Positions 6,393-14,541 of a DNA stretch of 28,700 nt are shown in pieces. This stretch comes from an uncultured virus (IMG/VR IMGVR_UViG_3300005239_000190) (taxonomy: Duplodnaviria > Heunggongvirae > Uroviricota > Caudoviricetes), in the IMG/VR virus record IMGVR_UViG_3300005239_000190, one strand, 5' to 3'. Every line of letters begins with the position of its first letter. Positions within the stretch are counted from its first letter, which is position 1. Below the pieces are notes generated by a model. It was given only the letters and a program-made list of their open reading frames with translations, was not told the origin of the DNA and did no database searches. A program made the position numbers and the translations under genes.

Positions 6393-6843
6393 AATACTAA
6401 CTGACGAATTGATCGAAACAAGATTGCGTAAAATTAACGTACTCGAAAGAGAAGACTTAGACCATGACTATATGCTTAAAACCATAGCTGATCACTTTGA
6501 TTTCAAAATAACAGACGACTGGCCAAATCAACCTGATATGATGTTTTATACTGAAACAACCGCTGATGGTTATGAAGTATGGATTGCAACCGATAACGAG
6601 CGCAACCCGAGTGTTAACGAAGACATATACTATTATGATAACGACTGGCTAGAAAAAATGCCTGACGCTATGATCGATGGCGCTTCTATATATTATGACC
6701 AGCTTGATGACGAAGAGTATGCTTTTCAAGAGGTTATTGAAGAAGTATACGACGACTATTACAACGATAAAAAGAAAGAAATTGAAAACGAATTAATTGA
6801 AGAAGGCTATGAGTACGAAAGAGAAGAAACAATCAGTGCCTAA
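6385..6843 (+). CDS. Highly acidic protein (candidate DNA mimic)
   Basis: About 45 D/E versus about 13 K/R in 152 aa by hand count. Confidence 0.75.
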   Translation: MSKILTDELIETRLRKINVLEREDLDHDYMLKTIADHFDFKITDDWPNQPDMMFYTETTADGYEVWIATDNERNPSVNEDIYYYDNDWLEKMPDAMIDGASIYYDQLDDEEYAFQEVIEEVYDDYYNDKKKEIENELIEEGYEYEREETISA

Positions 6844-7078
6844 ATGGTTTACTGGTATGATATATGACAAAGGTGAAACCGTAACAAATCCGTTCAGCGG
6901 CGAGACATACGATCTAAACGGTGTTGAGTTATCAATGTACGATTTTATTATGGGTAGCCAATATGTAATGGAAGTTGCACCTAAAACAGTAACAAGTAAA
7001 CAAATTAACGAATTCCATAAAGCACTGAGATGGTTCCAACAGAACAATATCGACGCTTATATGGTACTATTAGACTAA
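6809..7078 (+). CDS. Conserved phage hypothetical protein
   Basis: ORF track 6797..7078 (ATG 6809 preferred); its C-terminus recurs at 8697-8756 with mostly synonymous changes. Confidence 0.8.
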   Translation: MSTKEKKQSVPKWFTGMIYDKGETVTNPFSGETYDLNGVELSMYDFIMGSQYVMEVAPKTVTSKQINEFHKALRWFQQNNIDAYMVLLD

Positions 7079-7082
7079 AATT

Positions 7083-7292
7083 ATGCCAAACATGAGTTAT
7101 TGCCGCTTCGAAAATACGGCAACAGATATGAGAGACTGCATCTATGCGATCGAAGAGCGTGATGTATACGAATTCAGCAACTACGAACTATCTGGGTTCA
7201 AAGACGTGCTTGAGTATGCACGAGATATTGTAAACATGGAAGATGATATTGAAAAAATAATTGAATACTATGAATCTTCTGACGCAAAATAG
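7083..7292 (+). CDS. Conserved phage hypothetical protein (NMSYCRFENT motif), copy 1
   Basis: ORF track; homologous copy at 8767. Confidence 0.85.
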   Translation: MPNMSYCRFENTATDMRDCIYAIEERDVYEFSNYELSGFKDVLEYARDIVNMEDDIEKIIEYYESSDAK

Positions 7293-7875
7293 TAAATTAA
7301 AAAAGACAAGTAAAGAACTCGGGCTCCGTGTGTTTAACTTCGGTATACCTGCATATAAATCTGCAAGTGGTAAGTTGACATGCCCGATGGCTGACGAATG
7401 TGTTAAATTTTGTTATGCCAAGAAAGGAGCCTACATCTGGTCTAATGTAAAACCGGCGTTTGAGAAGCGTTATCAGCTAACAAAGACTGACAACTTTGTT
7501 GAAGCTATGAACGCTGAAATACGTAAGAAGAAACCTGATTACGTCAGAGTCCATGATAGCGGAGATTACTACTCACCCGCATATCTAAAAAAGTGGATTG
7601 AAGTTGCTATACACAACCCAAGCGTTCGGTTTTACAGTTATACCAATATGGTAGATATGATGTTAAAGACCTCATTGCCAAGTAATTACGATATAATATT
7701 CAGTGATTCAGGCAAGCAAAAACATATGATAAATGAAAGAAAACATAGACACACAAAAATCTTTTCTACTAATAGCGATCTTGTATCTAACGGTTATGTG
7801 GATGCTTCTAGTATTGATCTGATGGCAACAAAGTGGTTCAGTAAAAACCACAAAGTGGGATTAGTATTCCATTAA
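7270..7875 (+). CDS. GP88-family protein (Cys triad, radical-SAM-like), copy 1
   Basis: TCPMADECVKFCYA and VRVHDSGD...FYSYT motifs typical of phage gene-product-88 proteins. Confidence 0.75.
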   Translation: MNLLTQNSKLKKTSKELGLRVFNFGIPAYKSASGKLTCPMADECVKFCYAKKGAYIWSNVKPAFEKRYQLTKTDNFVEAMNAEIRKKKPDYVRVHDSGDYYSPAYLKKWIEVAIHNPSVRFYSYTNMVDMMLKTSLPSNYDIIFSDSGKQKHMINERKHRHTKIFSTNSDLVSNGYVDASSIDLMATKWFSKNHKVGLVFH

Positions 7876-7879
7876 AATT

Positions 7880-7910
7880 TACAAAGTTAACACGAAGTAT
7901 AATCGATAAT
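7880..7910 (+). promoter_or_regulatory. Conserved early motif copy 9
   Basis: TACAAAGT TAACACGA AGTATAAT CGATAAT. Confidence 0.75.
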
Positions 7911-7922
7911 AAATTAAAAACA

Positions 7923-8147
7923 ATGAGTAATATAATTGAAAAAGTCCTAGTAGACTCTGAGTGCATACACGATGCACAGTACAATAACGTAACTAAAAGA
8001 CTAAAGTTATTTTATAAAAACGGTGGCGTGTACAACTATGAGCGTGTACCATCTTTCTATTGGCATGGCTTATTTAACGCTACCTCTAAAGGTAAATTTA
8101 TAAATAGCCACATTATTGGCCAGTGGGAATATAATAAAGCAGGTTAA
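7923..8147 (+). CDS. KTSC-domain protein, copy 1
   Basis: VDS..I....Y......L...YKNGGVYNY..VP......L..ATSKGKFIN..I matches the KTSC pattern. Confidence 0.8.
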   Translation: MSNIIEKVLVDSECIHDAQYNNVTKRLKLFYKNGGVYNYERVPSFYWHGLFNATSKGKFINSHIIGQWEYNKAG

Positions 8148-8431
8148 TGACTGAAGATGAAATAGAACAGTTAGCGGTAAGAGTTGCTGACCTCGTTATG
8201 ATCGGCTTAATTGAAAAGCAGAAAGAATGGGATCAGCAGTTTACCAATGACGTAAACCAAATGTTTACAGGTACCAATGCAGAACTTGTTAATGAAGAAG
8301 AGCTATTGCTCGCTGAATTAGCTAGACTAATGACATTACTATCTGGATACGAAGAAAAAGAGCAGTTCGAAAAAGCTGCAATTATCCACAATAAAATTAA
8401 ATATATAGAAAACAAAATAAATAGATTATGA
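8147..8431 (+). CDS. Protein with a C-terminal UvrB/UvrC (UVR) coiled-coil motif, copy 1
   Basis: EEKEQFEKAAIIHNKI resembles the UVR consensus E.YE.AA..RD.I. Confidence 0.7.
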   Translation: MTEDEIEQLAVRVADLVMIGLIEKQKEWDQQFTNDVNQMFTGTNAELVNEEELLLAELARLMTLLSGYEEKEQFEKAAIIHNKIKYIENKINRL

Positions 8432-8676
8432 TAAAACCAATGCTCGCATACAAAGTAGGCAAGAAAGAAGTCGACTGGTCCGAGAAAGTATTTATACAAC
8501 CTAAGCTTGACGGCGTACGCTGTGTAATATCTAAAGACGGCGCTTATTCGCGTACCGGTAAAGAGTGGCTAATATCCATCACATTATCCGATCTCGATCA
8601 GTGTCCAACGTACCCTGATGTGGTACTCGACGGCGACTATACACCACGATCTAAAAGATGATTCGAAAAATCATTT
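8428..8676 (+). CDS. ATP-dependent DNA ligase, N-terminal fragment (degrades into the assembly gap)
   Basis: PMLA...QPKLDGVRC (motif I, KxDG), YSRTGK, VLDG; frame breaks in the ~100 nt before the Ns. Confidence 0.8.
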
Positions 8677-8696
8677 NNNNNNNNNNNNNNNNNNNN
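8677..8696. other. Assembly gap (20 N)
   Basis: Run of N. Confidence 1.
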
Positions 8697-8766
8697 AAAG
8701 CACTACGTTGGTTTCAAAAAAATAATATTGAAGCCTATATGGTATTGCTAGATTAATACTAAAATT

Positions 8767-8976
8767 ATGCCAAATATGAGTTATTGCCGCTTCGAAAATA
8801 CGGCAAAAGATATGCAAGACTGCGTGTACGCAATCGAAGAGCGTGACGTATATGAATTTAGCGCCTATGAACTGCGTGGTTTTAAACACGTTTTAGAACT
8901 TGCGCAAGAAATTGTAGATATGGAAAATGATATTGAAAAAATAATTGACTACTATGAATCTTCTGACACAAAATAG
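8767..8976 (+). CDS. NMSYCRFENT protein, copy 2
   Basis: Homologous to 7083..7292. Confidence 0.85.
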   Translation: MPNMSYCRFENTAKDMQDCVYAIEERDVYEFSAYELRGFKHVLELAQEIVDMENDIEKIIDYYESSDTK

Positions 8977-9559
8977 TAAATTAAAAAAAACAAGTAAAGA
9001 ACTCGGGCTCCGTGTGTTTAACTTCGGTATACCTGCATATAAATCTGCAAGTGGTAAGTTAACATGCCCCATGGCGGATACTTGCGTTAAGTTCTGCTAT
9101 GCTAAGAAAGGAGCCTACATCTGGTCTAATGTAAAACCCGCGTTTGAGAAGCGTTATGAGCTAACAAAGACTGACAACTTTGTTGAGGCTATGAACGCTG
9201 AAATACGTAAGAAGAAACCTGATTACGTCAGAGTCCATGATAGCGGAGATTACTACTCACCCGCGTATCTAAAAAAGTGGATAGAGATTGCTATACACAA
9301 TCCGAACGTGCGGTTTTACAGTTATACCAATATGATAGATATGATGCTAAAGACCTCATTGCCAAGTAATTACGATATAATATTTAGTGATTCGGGCAAA
9401 CAAAAACATATGATAAATGAAAGGAAACATAGACACACCAAAATATTTTCTAGTCATAGCGATCTTGTATCTGCTGGCTATACTGACGCTTCATCTGTGG
9501 ACCTCTACGCCACAAGATGGTTTAATCCAACTAACAGAGTGGGATTAGTGTTTCATTAA
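8954..9559 (+). CDS. GP88-family protein, copy 2
   Basis: Nearly identical to 7270..7875 except at the C-terminus. Confidence 0.75.
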   Translation: MNLLTQNSKLKKTSKELGLRVFNFGIPAYKSASGKLTCPMADTCVKFCYAKKGAYIWSNVKPAFEKRYELTKTDNFVEAMNAEIRKKKPDYVRVHDSGDYYSPAYLKKWIEIAIHNPNVRFYSYTNMIDMMLKTSLPSNYDIIFSDSGKQKHMINERKHRHTKIFSSHSDLVSAGYTDASSVDLYATRWFNPTNRVGLVFH

Positions 9560-9561
9560 TT

Positions 9562-9592
9562 TGCAAACGTAATACGAAGAACAATCGATAAT
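9562..9592 (+). promoter_or_regulatory. Conserved early motif copy 10 (orthologous to copy 9)
   Basis: TGCAAACG TAATACGA AGAACAAT CGATAAT. Confidence 0.75.
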
Positions 9593-9599
9593 AATAAAT

Positions 9600-9827
9600 A
9601 TGATAAATACAATAGAAACAGTAATGGTTGATTCAAGTGCCATATACAGTGCAGAGTACAATCTTGAAAAAGAAGAGTTAATAGTTTATTTTAATAACGA
9701 CGGTATATATAAATACTTAAACGTCCCGAAGTTTTACTGGAGAGGTTTATTTAATTCTACATCTAAAGGTAAATTTATTAACAACTTTATTCTTCGAAAG
9801 TTTACATACACTAAACTAAATGACTGA
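9600..9827 (+). CDS. KTSC-domain protein, copy 2
   Basis: VDSSAI...EYN...L.VYF...GIYKY.NVP...SKGKFIN. Confidence 0.8.
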   Translation: MINTIETVMVDSSAIYSAEYNLEKEELIVYFNNDGIYKYLNVPKFYWRGLFNSTSKGKFINNFILRKFTYTKLND

Positions 9828-10101
9828 AAAAGAAATTGAGGCACTGGCGATAAAAGTTGCTGACCTTGTTATGATCGGCTTAATTGAAAAGCAGAAAGAA
9901 TGGGATCAGCAATTTACCAGCGAAGTAAGTCAAATGTTTGGCAACGGATATACTTCGGCGCCTGACGAAGAACAATTGCTATTAGCTGAATTAGCTAGAT
10001 TAATGACACTGCTGTCTGGATATGAAGAAAGCGAACAGTATGAAAAAGCCGCTATAGTTAATAACAAAATTAGAATGATACAAAACAAACTTAGTAAATA
10101 A
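9820..10101 (+). CDS. UVR-motif protein, copy 2
   Basis: EESEQYEKAAIVNNKI. Confidence 0.7.
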   Translation: MTEKEIEALAIKVADLVMIGLIEKQKEWDQQFTSEVSQMFGNGYTSAPDEEQLLLAELARLMTLLSGYEESEQYEKAAIVNNKIRMIQNKLSK

Positions 10102-10310
10102 TGAATAGAGACAAGCACATATGGGAAGGCTGGACAGTTGGTCACTTTATCGATGATATAGAACCTATGTTTAATATGGCTATCCACATAAACAGGCAGC
10201 CTTTCACCAATAAAGCAGAGCTTAAGCAGTGGGTTAAAGATACCCAACCTTATTACAAGAAACATATACCAGAGGTATACAATTACTTTCTTAAAAAATC
10301 AGGATTATAA
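10101..10310 (+). CDS. Conserved phage hypothetical protein (HIWEGWTV...QPYYKK)
   Basis: ORF track; TAATG coupling. Confidence 0.75.
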   Translation: MNRDKHIWEGWTVGHFIDDIEPMFNMAIHINRQPFTNKAELKQWVKDTQPYYKKHIPEVYNYFLKKSGL

Positions 10311-10802
10311 ATGAATATATTTTATTTACACCCAGACCCAGCTAAAGCAGCTAGTTTCTTTTACGACAAGCATAAAGTTAAAATGATTCTGGAATCGGCG
10401 CAAATGTTATGTACTGCACATCACGTATATAATAACGGTGGTAACGTACCATATAAAAAAGCACACCTTAATCATCCAAGCACCATATGGGTACGAGATA
10501 GTATACACCACTACAATTGGTTATACGATCATATGCTCGCATTAGGCAAAGAGTATACGGCGCGTTACAATAAACATCACCTTAGTATTGCTAAGTGTCG
10601 TGATGCTTTAATGTACCCACCTTCTGGTATGCCCGACAATGGATTTGTTGAGCCACCACAATGTATGCCTGACGAATACAAAGAACCTAGTAGCTTAGCT
10701 GCATACTGGAATTATTATGAACAAGATAAACATAAAGTAAAAAATAAAAATGAGCAAAAAATTATACGACCATCTTATATCAGTGAATTATGCAAAAATT
10801 AG
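10311..10802 (+). CDS. Pyrimidine-dimer DNA glycosylase/endonuclease-V-like family protein
   Basis: MNIFYL..DP...A....DKH.VKMILESAQML.TAH, H.NHPST.W and PPQCMPD.YK motifs. Confidence 0.75.
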   Translation: MNIFYLHPDPAKAASFFYDKHKVKMILESAQMLCTAHHVYNNGGNVPYKKAHLNHPSTIWVRDSIHHYNWLYDHMLALGKEYTARYNKHHLSIAKCRDALMYPPSGMPDNGFVEPPQCMPDEYKEPSSLAAYWNYYEQDKHKVKNKNEQKIIRPSYISELCKN

Positions 10803-10984
10803 TACGAAAATTAAAACGTTTACGAAGAAAAAAGGCGCACGTAAGGTACCTTCAAAATAGTATATGGACATTAAAGTATGAAATACTTAATGATGCACTC
10901 ACTTTAGAAATTAATGAAACCAAAATAAATTTGTTTCACAAATACCAGAAAAGATACAAGCTAATCACGTTTATGCGACGATAG
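10790..10984 (+). CDS. Hypothetical basic protein (64 aa)
   Basis: ORF track. Confidence 0.55.
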   Translation: MQKLVRKLKRLRRKKAHVRYLQNSIWTLKYEILNDALTLEINETKINLFHKYQKRYKLITFMRR

Positions 10985-11021
10985 CTTATATATAATTAAT
11001 AGTAAAAAGCTAATGTCATAC
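10973..11021. promoter_or_regulatory. Dyad site C: ATGCGACGATAG-N25-CTAATGTCATAC, overlapping the ATG of the HTH gene
   Basis: Left 15 nt identical to site B; right 11 nt identical to site A. Confidence 0.7.
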
Positions 11022-11633
11022 TACGACCGAAATACTAAATACCTAAACCAGCATCGTATTATATATAGATGTTTTCCGTGGTCAGACGAGCCAACAGATA
11101 CATATGAATGGGGTTGGTATTATGAGAACGGCACACACCAATGCTATACACTCTTTAATTCACGGGCTAAAATAAACACGTATAAGAGCCTTAAATGGCA
11201 TTTGTATGTATTATGGTATCTTAATCCTCAAATGGATCAAGAAGCATTTGTAGGACTTGTTAAATACATTTGTAATAAGCGCACGGGGTTTGTAACTTTT
11301 AATGTTTCAGATCAACTTAGAGAAAGCATGATATATGATGTTTCGTTAATGGAATTAGATACTCCACCGCCTAATAAATTGCGCAAAGTTATATTCAAAG
11401 ACTTCACGGGATTGGACATGCGACAAAAGCTGTCTATAGTGGGTAAGTTAGTTGGTAGGTCTAAAATATCTGAAAGCGAAATATACGATGCCATGCTCCT
11501 AATTAACGACGAAAACGAAAATATAACTATTACTAAAGTCGCTAAAGCCTTAAAATGTTCGACAAGAACTATATATCGTAATATGAGTAACGAACTTAAA
11601 AAAGAAAAAGAATTACTTAATCAACAACTATGA
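11013..11633 (+). CDS. DNA-binding protein with a C-terminal helix-turn-helix (regulator or replication-initiator-like)
   Basis: ITITKVAKALKCSTRTIYRNM is a typical HTH. Confidence 0.75.
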   Translation: MSYYDRNTKYLNQHRIIYRCFPWSDEPTDTYEWGWYYENGTHQCYTLFNSRAKINTYKSLKWHLYVLWYLNPQMDQEAFVGLVKYICNKRTGFVTFNVSDQLRESMIYDVSLMELDTPPPNKLRKVIFKDFTGLDMRQKLSIVGKLVGRSKISESEIYDAMLLINDENENITITKVAKALKCSTRTIYRNMSNELKKEKELLNQQL

Positions 11634-12385
11634 AAAAGTACAATGTACAAAACTATATAAGGTACAAAGAAGATCTTAAGCGGTCTATGCCTAAAGATAA
11701 GTTTTATGATTACTACAAAAGAAATGAACTTGTAATTAAGTTTTTGCCTTTAGTAGAAAATATTGCACGTAAGTTTTCTACTACCCAACAAGCTTCCGGT
11801 GTAATGAATATTAACGACCTTATTCAAGAAGGATCAATCGGGTTAATAGCCGCTGTTGATAAATTAGATTGGATTAAATTATCAGACTCAGAAGATATTG
11901 AAAGGACTCTTAAATCATTTTTTGCAAAACGAATTAGAGGCGCAATAAGAAGAGCTATCGATATAAACCGAGGCGATATGCGTATACCTGAATATAAGCT
12001 AAATGATATACGAAAAAACTTTGGTAAAGATCGCAAAATAGTACAAACATTTTTTAATCAGGTTTTTATGTCTATTGATGCAAACTTTAACGAAGAAGGC
12101 GATAATCCCTTGTTTCAAGTCCCAGATAAATCAGAACCTTATAATATTACTTTATTAAATGCCTATTTAATGGGTATAATGAAACAATTTTTAAATGAAA
12201 AAGAATATGAAGTGCTACGTATGTCTTATGGACTAGACTGCGATAAGTTTCCCGCTAAGGAAATTGCGGCAAAATTAAAAATTGATGGCGTAAGTAATTA
12301 CGTAAGAATATCAGAAATAAAAAAGACTGCAATAAAAAAATTAATTGACAATGTACCGGCTGAAAACGTGATAGATTATCTGTAA
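11630..12385 (+). CDS. Sigma-70-family RNA polymerase sigma factor (phage-encoded), copy 1
   Basis: LPLVENIARKF, DLIQEGSIGLIAAVDK (region 2), IRGAIRRAI, MRIPE; region 4 LNEKEYEVLRMSYGL...EIAAKL...RISEIKKTAIKKL. Confidence 0.9.
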   Translation: MKKYNVQNYIRYKEDLKRSMPKDKFYDYYKRNELVIKFLPLVENIARKFSTTQQASGVMNINDLIQEGSIGLIAAVDKLDWIKLSDSEDIERTLKSFFAKRIRGAIRRAIDINRGDMRIPEYKLNDIRKNFGKDRKIVQTFFNQVFMSIDANFNEEGDNPLFQVPDKSEPYNITLLNAYLMGIMKQFLNEKEYEVLRMSYGLDCDKFPAKEIAAKLKIDGVSNYVRISEIKKTAIKKLIDNVPAENVIDYL

Positions 12386-12435
12386 ATAAATAAGCCAATG
12401 TGTAATTATATTAATATACCAAAACAATAAACCAT

Positions 12436-12518
12436 ATGACCATAAATGAAAAACTGGCAACGATCTCAGACAAAGTTTAAATCTAAAAAATCAAGGTTTA
12501 ACTCATTCGGCAAATACT
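12436..12518 (+). CDS. 5' fragment of the ERF gene (duplicate of 13272-), cut by the gap and carrying a 1-nt insertion
   Basis: Near-identical to 13272-13353. Confidence 0.75.
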
Positions 12519-12538
12519 NNNNNNNNNNNNNNNNNNNN
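12519..12538. other. Assembly gap (20 N)
   Basis: Run of N. Confidence 1.
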
Positions 12539-13208
12539 CTACACAAGAGATGAAATGATTATAAAATTCATGCCTCTTGTAGAAAATTTAGCGCGCAAGT
12601 TTGCGACGTCAGATCAAGCGTCTGGTGTATTAAGTATAAACGATTTAATACAAGAAGGAAACAAAGGCCTAACATTAGCAGTAGATAAATTAGAATGGGA
12701 TAAGCTCATTGACTCTGAAGATATTGAAAAAACTTTAAAAAGCTTTTTTAGCAAAAGAATCAAAGGAGCTATAAGACGTGCAATTGATATTAACCGAGGC
12801 GATATACGTATACCTGAACACAAGTTAAATGAAATACGTAAAAACCCTAAAGATGAAAAAATTGTTATGATGTTTTTCAATTCTATATTTTCTAGCATTG
12901 ATGCTAATTTTAATACAGATGAAGAAAACCCATTATATCAAATACCAGATAATTCAGAACCATATAATATAAATTTACTCAATGCTTATTTGCTAAGTTT
13001 AATGAAACAACATTTAACCAGCATTGAATATGAAGTGCTAAGATTATCTTATGGTTTGGATTGTGATAAACACTCTGCCAACTATATAGCAGGCAAATTA
13101 AATATAAATGTAAACACCGCTAATGTACGTGTTTCACAAATAAAAAGAGAAGCTATCAACAAACTTATCGCCAACACTGACGCAAACCAAGTGATTGATT
13201 ATCTGTAA
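12539..13208 (+). CDS. Sigma-70-family factor, copy 2 (5' truncated by the gap)
   Basis: Colinear homologue of 11630..12385. Confidence 0.85.
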
Positions 13209-13232
13209 GTTATGAACTTAAATACAAATAAA

Positions 13233-13270
13233 AATGTGTAATTATATTAATATACCAAAACAATAAACCC
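13233..13270 (+). promoter_or_regulatory. Candidate promoter/leader for the replication operon (AATGTGTAATTATATTAATATACCAAAACAATAAACC)
   Basis: Identical in the other variant (12397-12433) while the flanking intergenic DNA differs. Confidence 0.5.
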
Positions 13271-13271
13271 T

Positions 13272-13808
13272 ATGACCATAAATGAAAAGCTGGCAACGAT
13301 CCAGACAAAGTTTAAATCTAAAAAATCAAGGTTTAACTCATTCGGCAAATACTACTTCAGATCAGCCGAAGACATTCTCGAAGCAACAAAACCCTTTCTA
13401 TTAGAGTTAGGAGTATCAGTAACGATTAATGAAGAACTAATCGATAACCACAATATGCCTATAATGCAAACAACTGCGACTGTATCGGACGGCGAAAATG
13501 CTATACACGCTACAGCTTTGGTTGGTGTTGACATTAACCAGAAAGGTATGCAAACACCTCAGCAATTTGGTAGCGCGTCGAGTTATGGAAAGAAGTATGC
13601 GTTAGGTAATTTATTCCTAATAGATGACACTCAAGACTCTGATGCTGTAAATACTCACGGCAAAGGAGCGGGCGCAACATTAACATCAACAAAAGATCCA
13701 GCATTTGCTAAGGCAAAGGATTATGTGCAAAAAGGCGGAAAGCTTGATGCAATTAAAAAGAAGTATAAATTAAGCGCTGAAGTTGAAAAAGCGTTAACAA
13801 CACTATAA
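13272..13808 (+). CDS. ERF-family single-strand annealing protein
   Basis: FGKYYFRSAEDILEA.KP and Q.FGSASSYGKKYAL.NLFLIDD..D.D. Confidence 0.85.
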   Translation: MTINEKLATIQTKFKSKKSRFNSFGKYYFRSAEDILEATKPFLLELGVSVTINEELIDNHNMPIMQTTATVSDGENAIHATALVGVDINQKGMQTPQQFGSASSYGKKYALGNLFLIDDTQDSDAVNTHGKGAGATLTSTKDPAFAKAKDYVQKGGKLDAIKKKYKLSAEVEKALTTL

Positions 13809-14539
13809 TGAAAAACAAAGCAGCTATTGAAAAGTTAAGAGACGATGAAAACTACTATGGCAAGTTTGGTAAACAATACTTGTCTAATAGTGACATTGGA
13901 ACTTTGCTTACAAACCCTTTAGCGCTTGGTACACCACTAAAACCGTCAGCTGCATTTTTGGTTGGCGGTTACTTTCACACTGCAATACTAGAGCCAGATA
14001 AGCTTAAGAAGTATAAGATAGTAGAAAGTTCAACACGGAATACTAAAGCGTATAAAGAGATTTCAGGCGGTGAGCTGTGCCTATTACAAAAAGAAGTGGA
14101 TCAAATAGAACTGATGACAGACATAATGTTGGAAAACGATGTTTGCCGCGGTTTGATTCGCGGTAAAGATGTAATATACGAACAGCCTGGAATTACAGAG
14201 TTAGAAGGATTACAATGGAAAGGTAAAGCGGATATTGTTAACCACGAGGAAGGATTAGTTATTGATCTGAAAACAACGGGAGACATTGAAAAATTTCGCT
14301 GGTCTGCTTCAAGGTATAATTACGACTCACAAGCTTACATTTATAGTAAACTATTCGGTTATGAAATGTTGTTTATAGTTATAGACAAGAATACACACCA
14401 AATAGGAATATTTGATTGCTCTCCTGAATTTTATTCAAGAGGCGCAGACAAAGTTCAACAAGCGGCGGAACAATATAAGTTGTTTTTCCAAAACCCGGAC
14501 TTCGATCCGACAAATCATTTTATTAACAAAACCCTTTAA
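13808..14539 (+). CDS. PD-(D/E)XK exonuclease (RecE/ExoVIII-like)
   Basis: LSNSDI, G.YFHTAILEP, KGKADI, IDLKTT, Y.YD.QAYIY. Confidence 0.85.
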   Translation: MKNKAAIEKLRDDENYYGKFGKQYLSNSDIGTLLTNPLALGTPLKPSAAFLVGGYFHTAILEPDKLKKYKIVESSTRNTKAYKEISGGELCLLQKEVDQIELMTDIMLENDVCRGLIRGKDVIYEQPGITELEGLQWKGKADIVNHEEGLVIDLKTTGDIEKFRWSASRYNYDSQAYIYSKLFGYEMLFIVIDKNTHQIGIFDCSPEFYSRGADKVQQAAEQYKLFFQNPDFDPTNHFINKTL

Positions 14540-14541
14540 AA

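Larger units (their letters stand above)
8697..10101 (+). repeat. Diverged duplicate of ~7019-8431 (probable strain variant)
   Basis: Same gene order and homologous proteins either side of the gap. Confidence 0.9.

Noticed and set aside
8560..8676. Ligase pseudogene
   Set aside because: The disruptions lie right beside the gap and look like low-quality read end, not biological decay
1384..9592. Early motif as a CRISPR array or integron attC sites
   Set aside because: Spacing is hundreds of bp and irregular, copies are degenerate, there is no attC-type hairpin, and no cas or integrase gene is present
11630..13208. True tandem pair of sigma factors (likewise two thyA and two GP88 genes)
   Set aside because: Each second copy begins at a 20-N gap and repeats its neighbours; more likely strain variants
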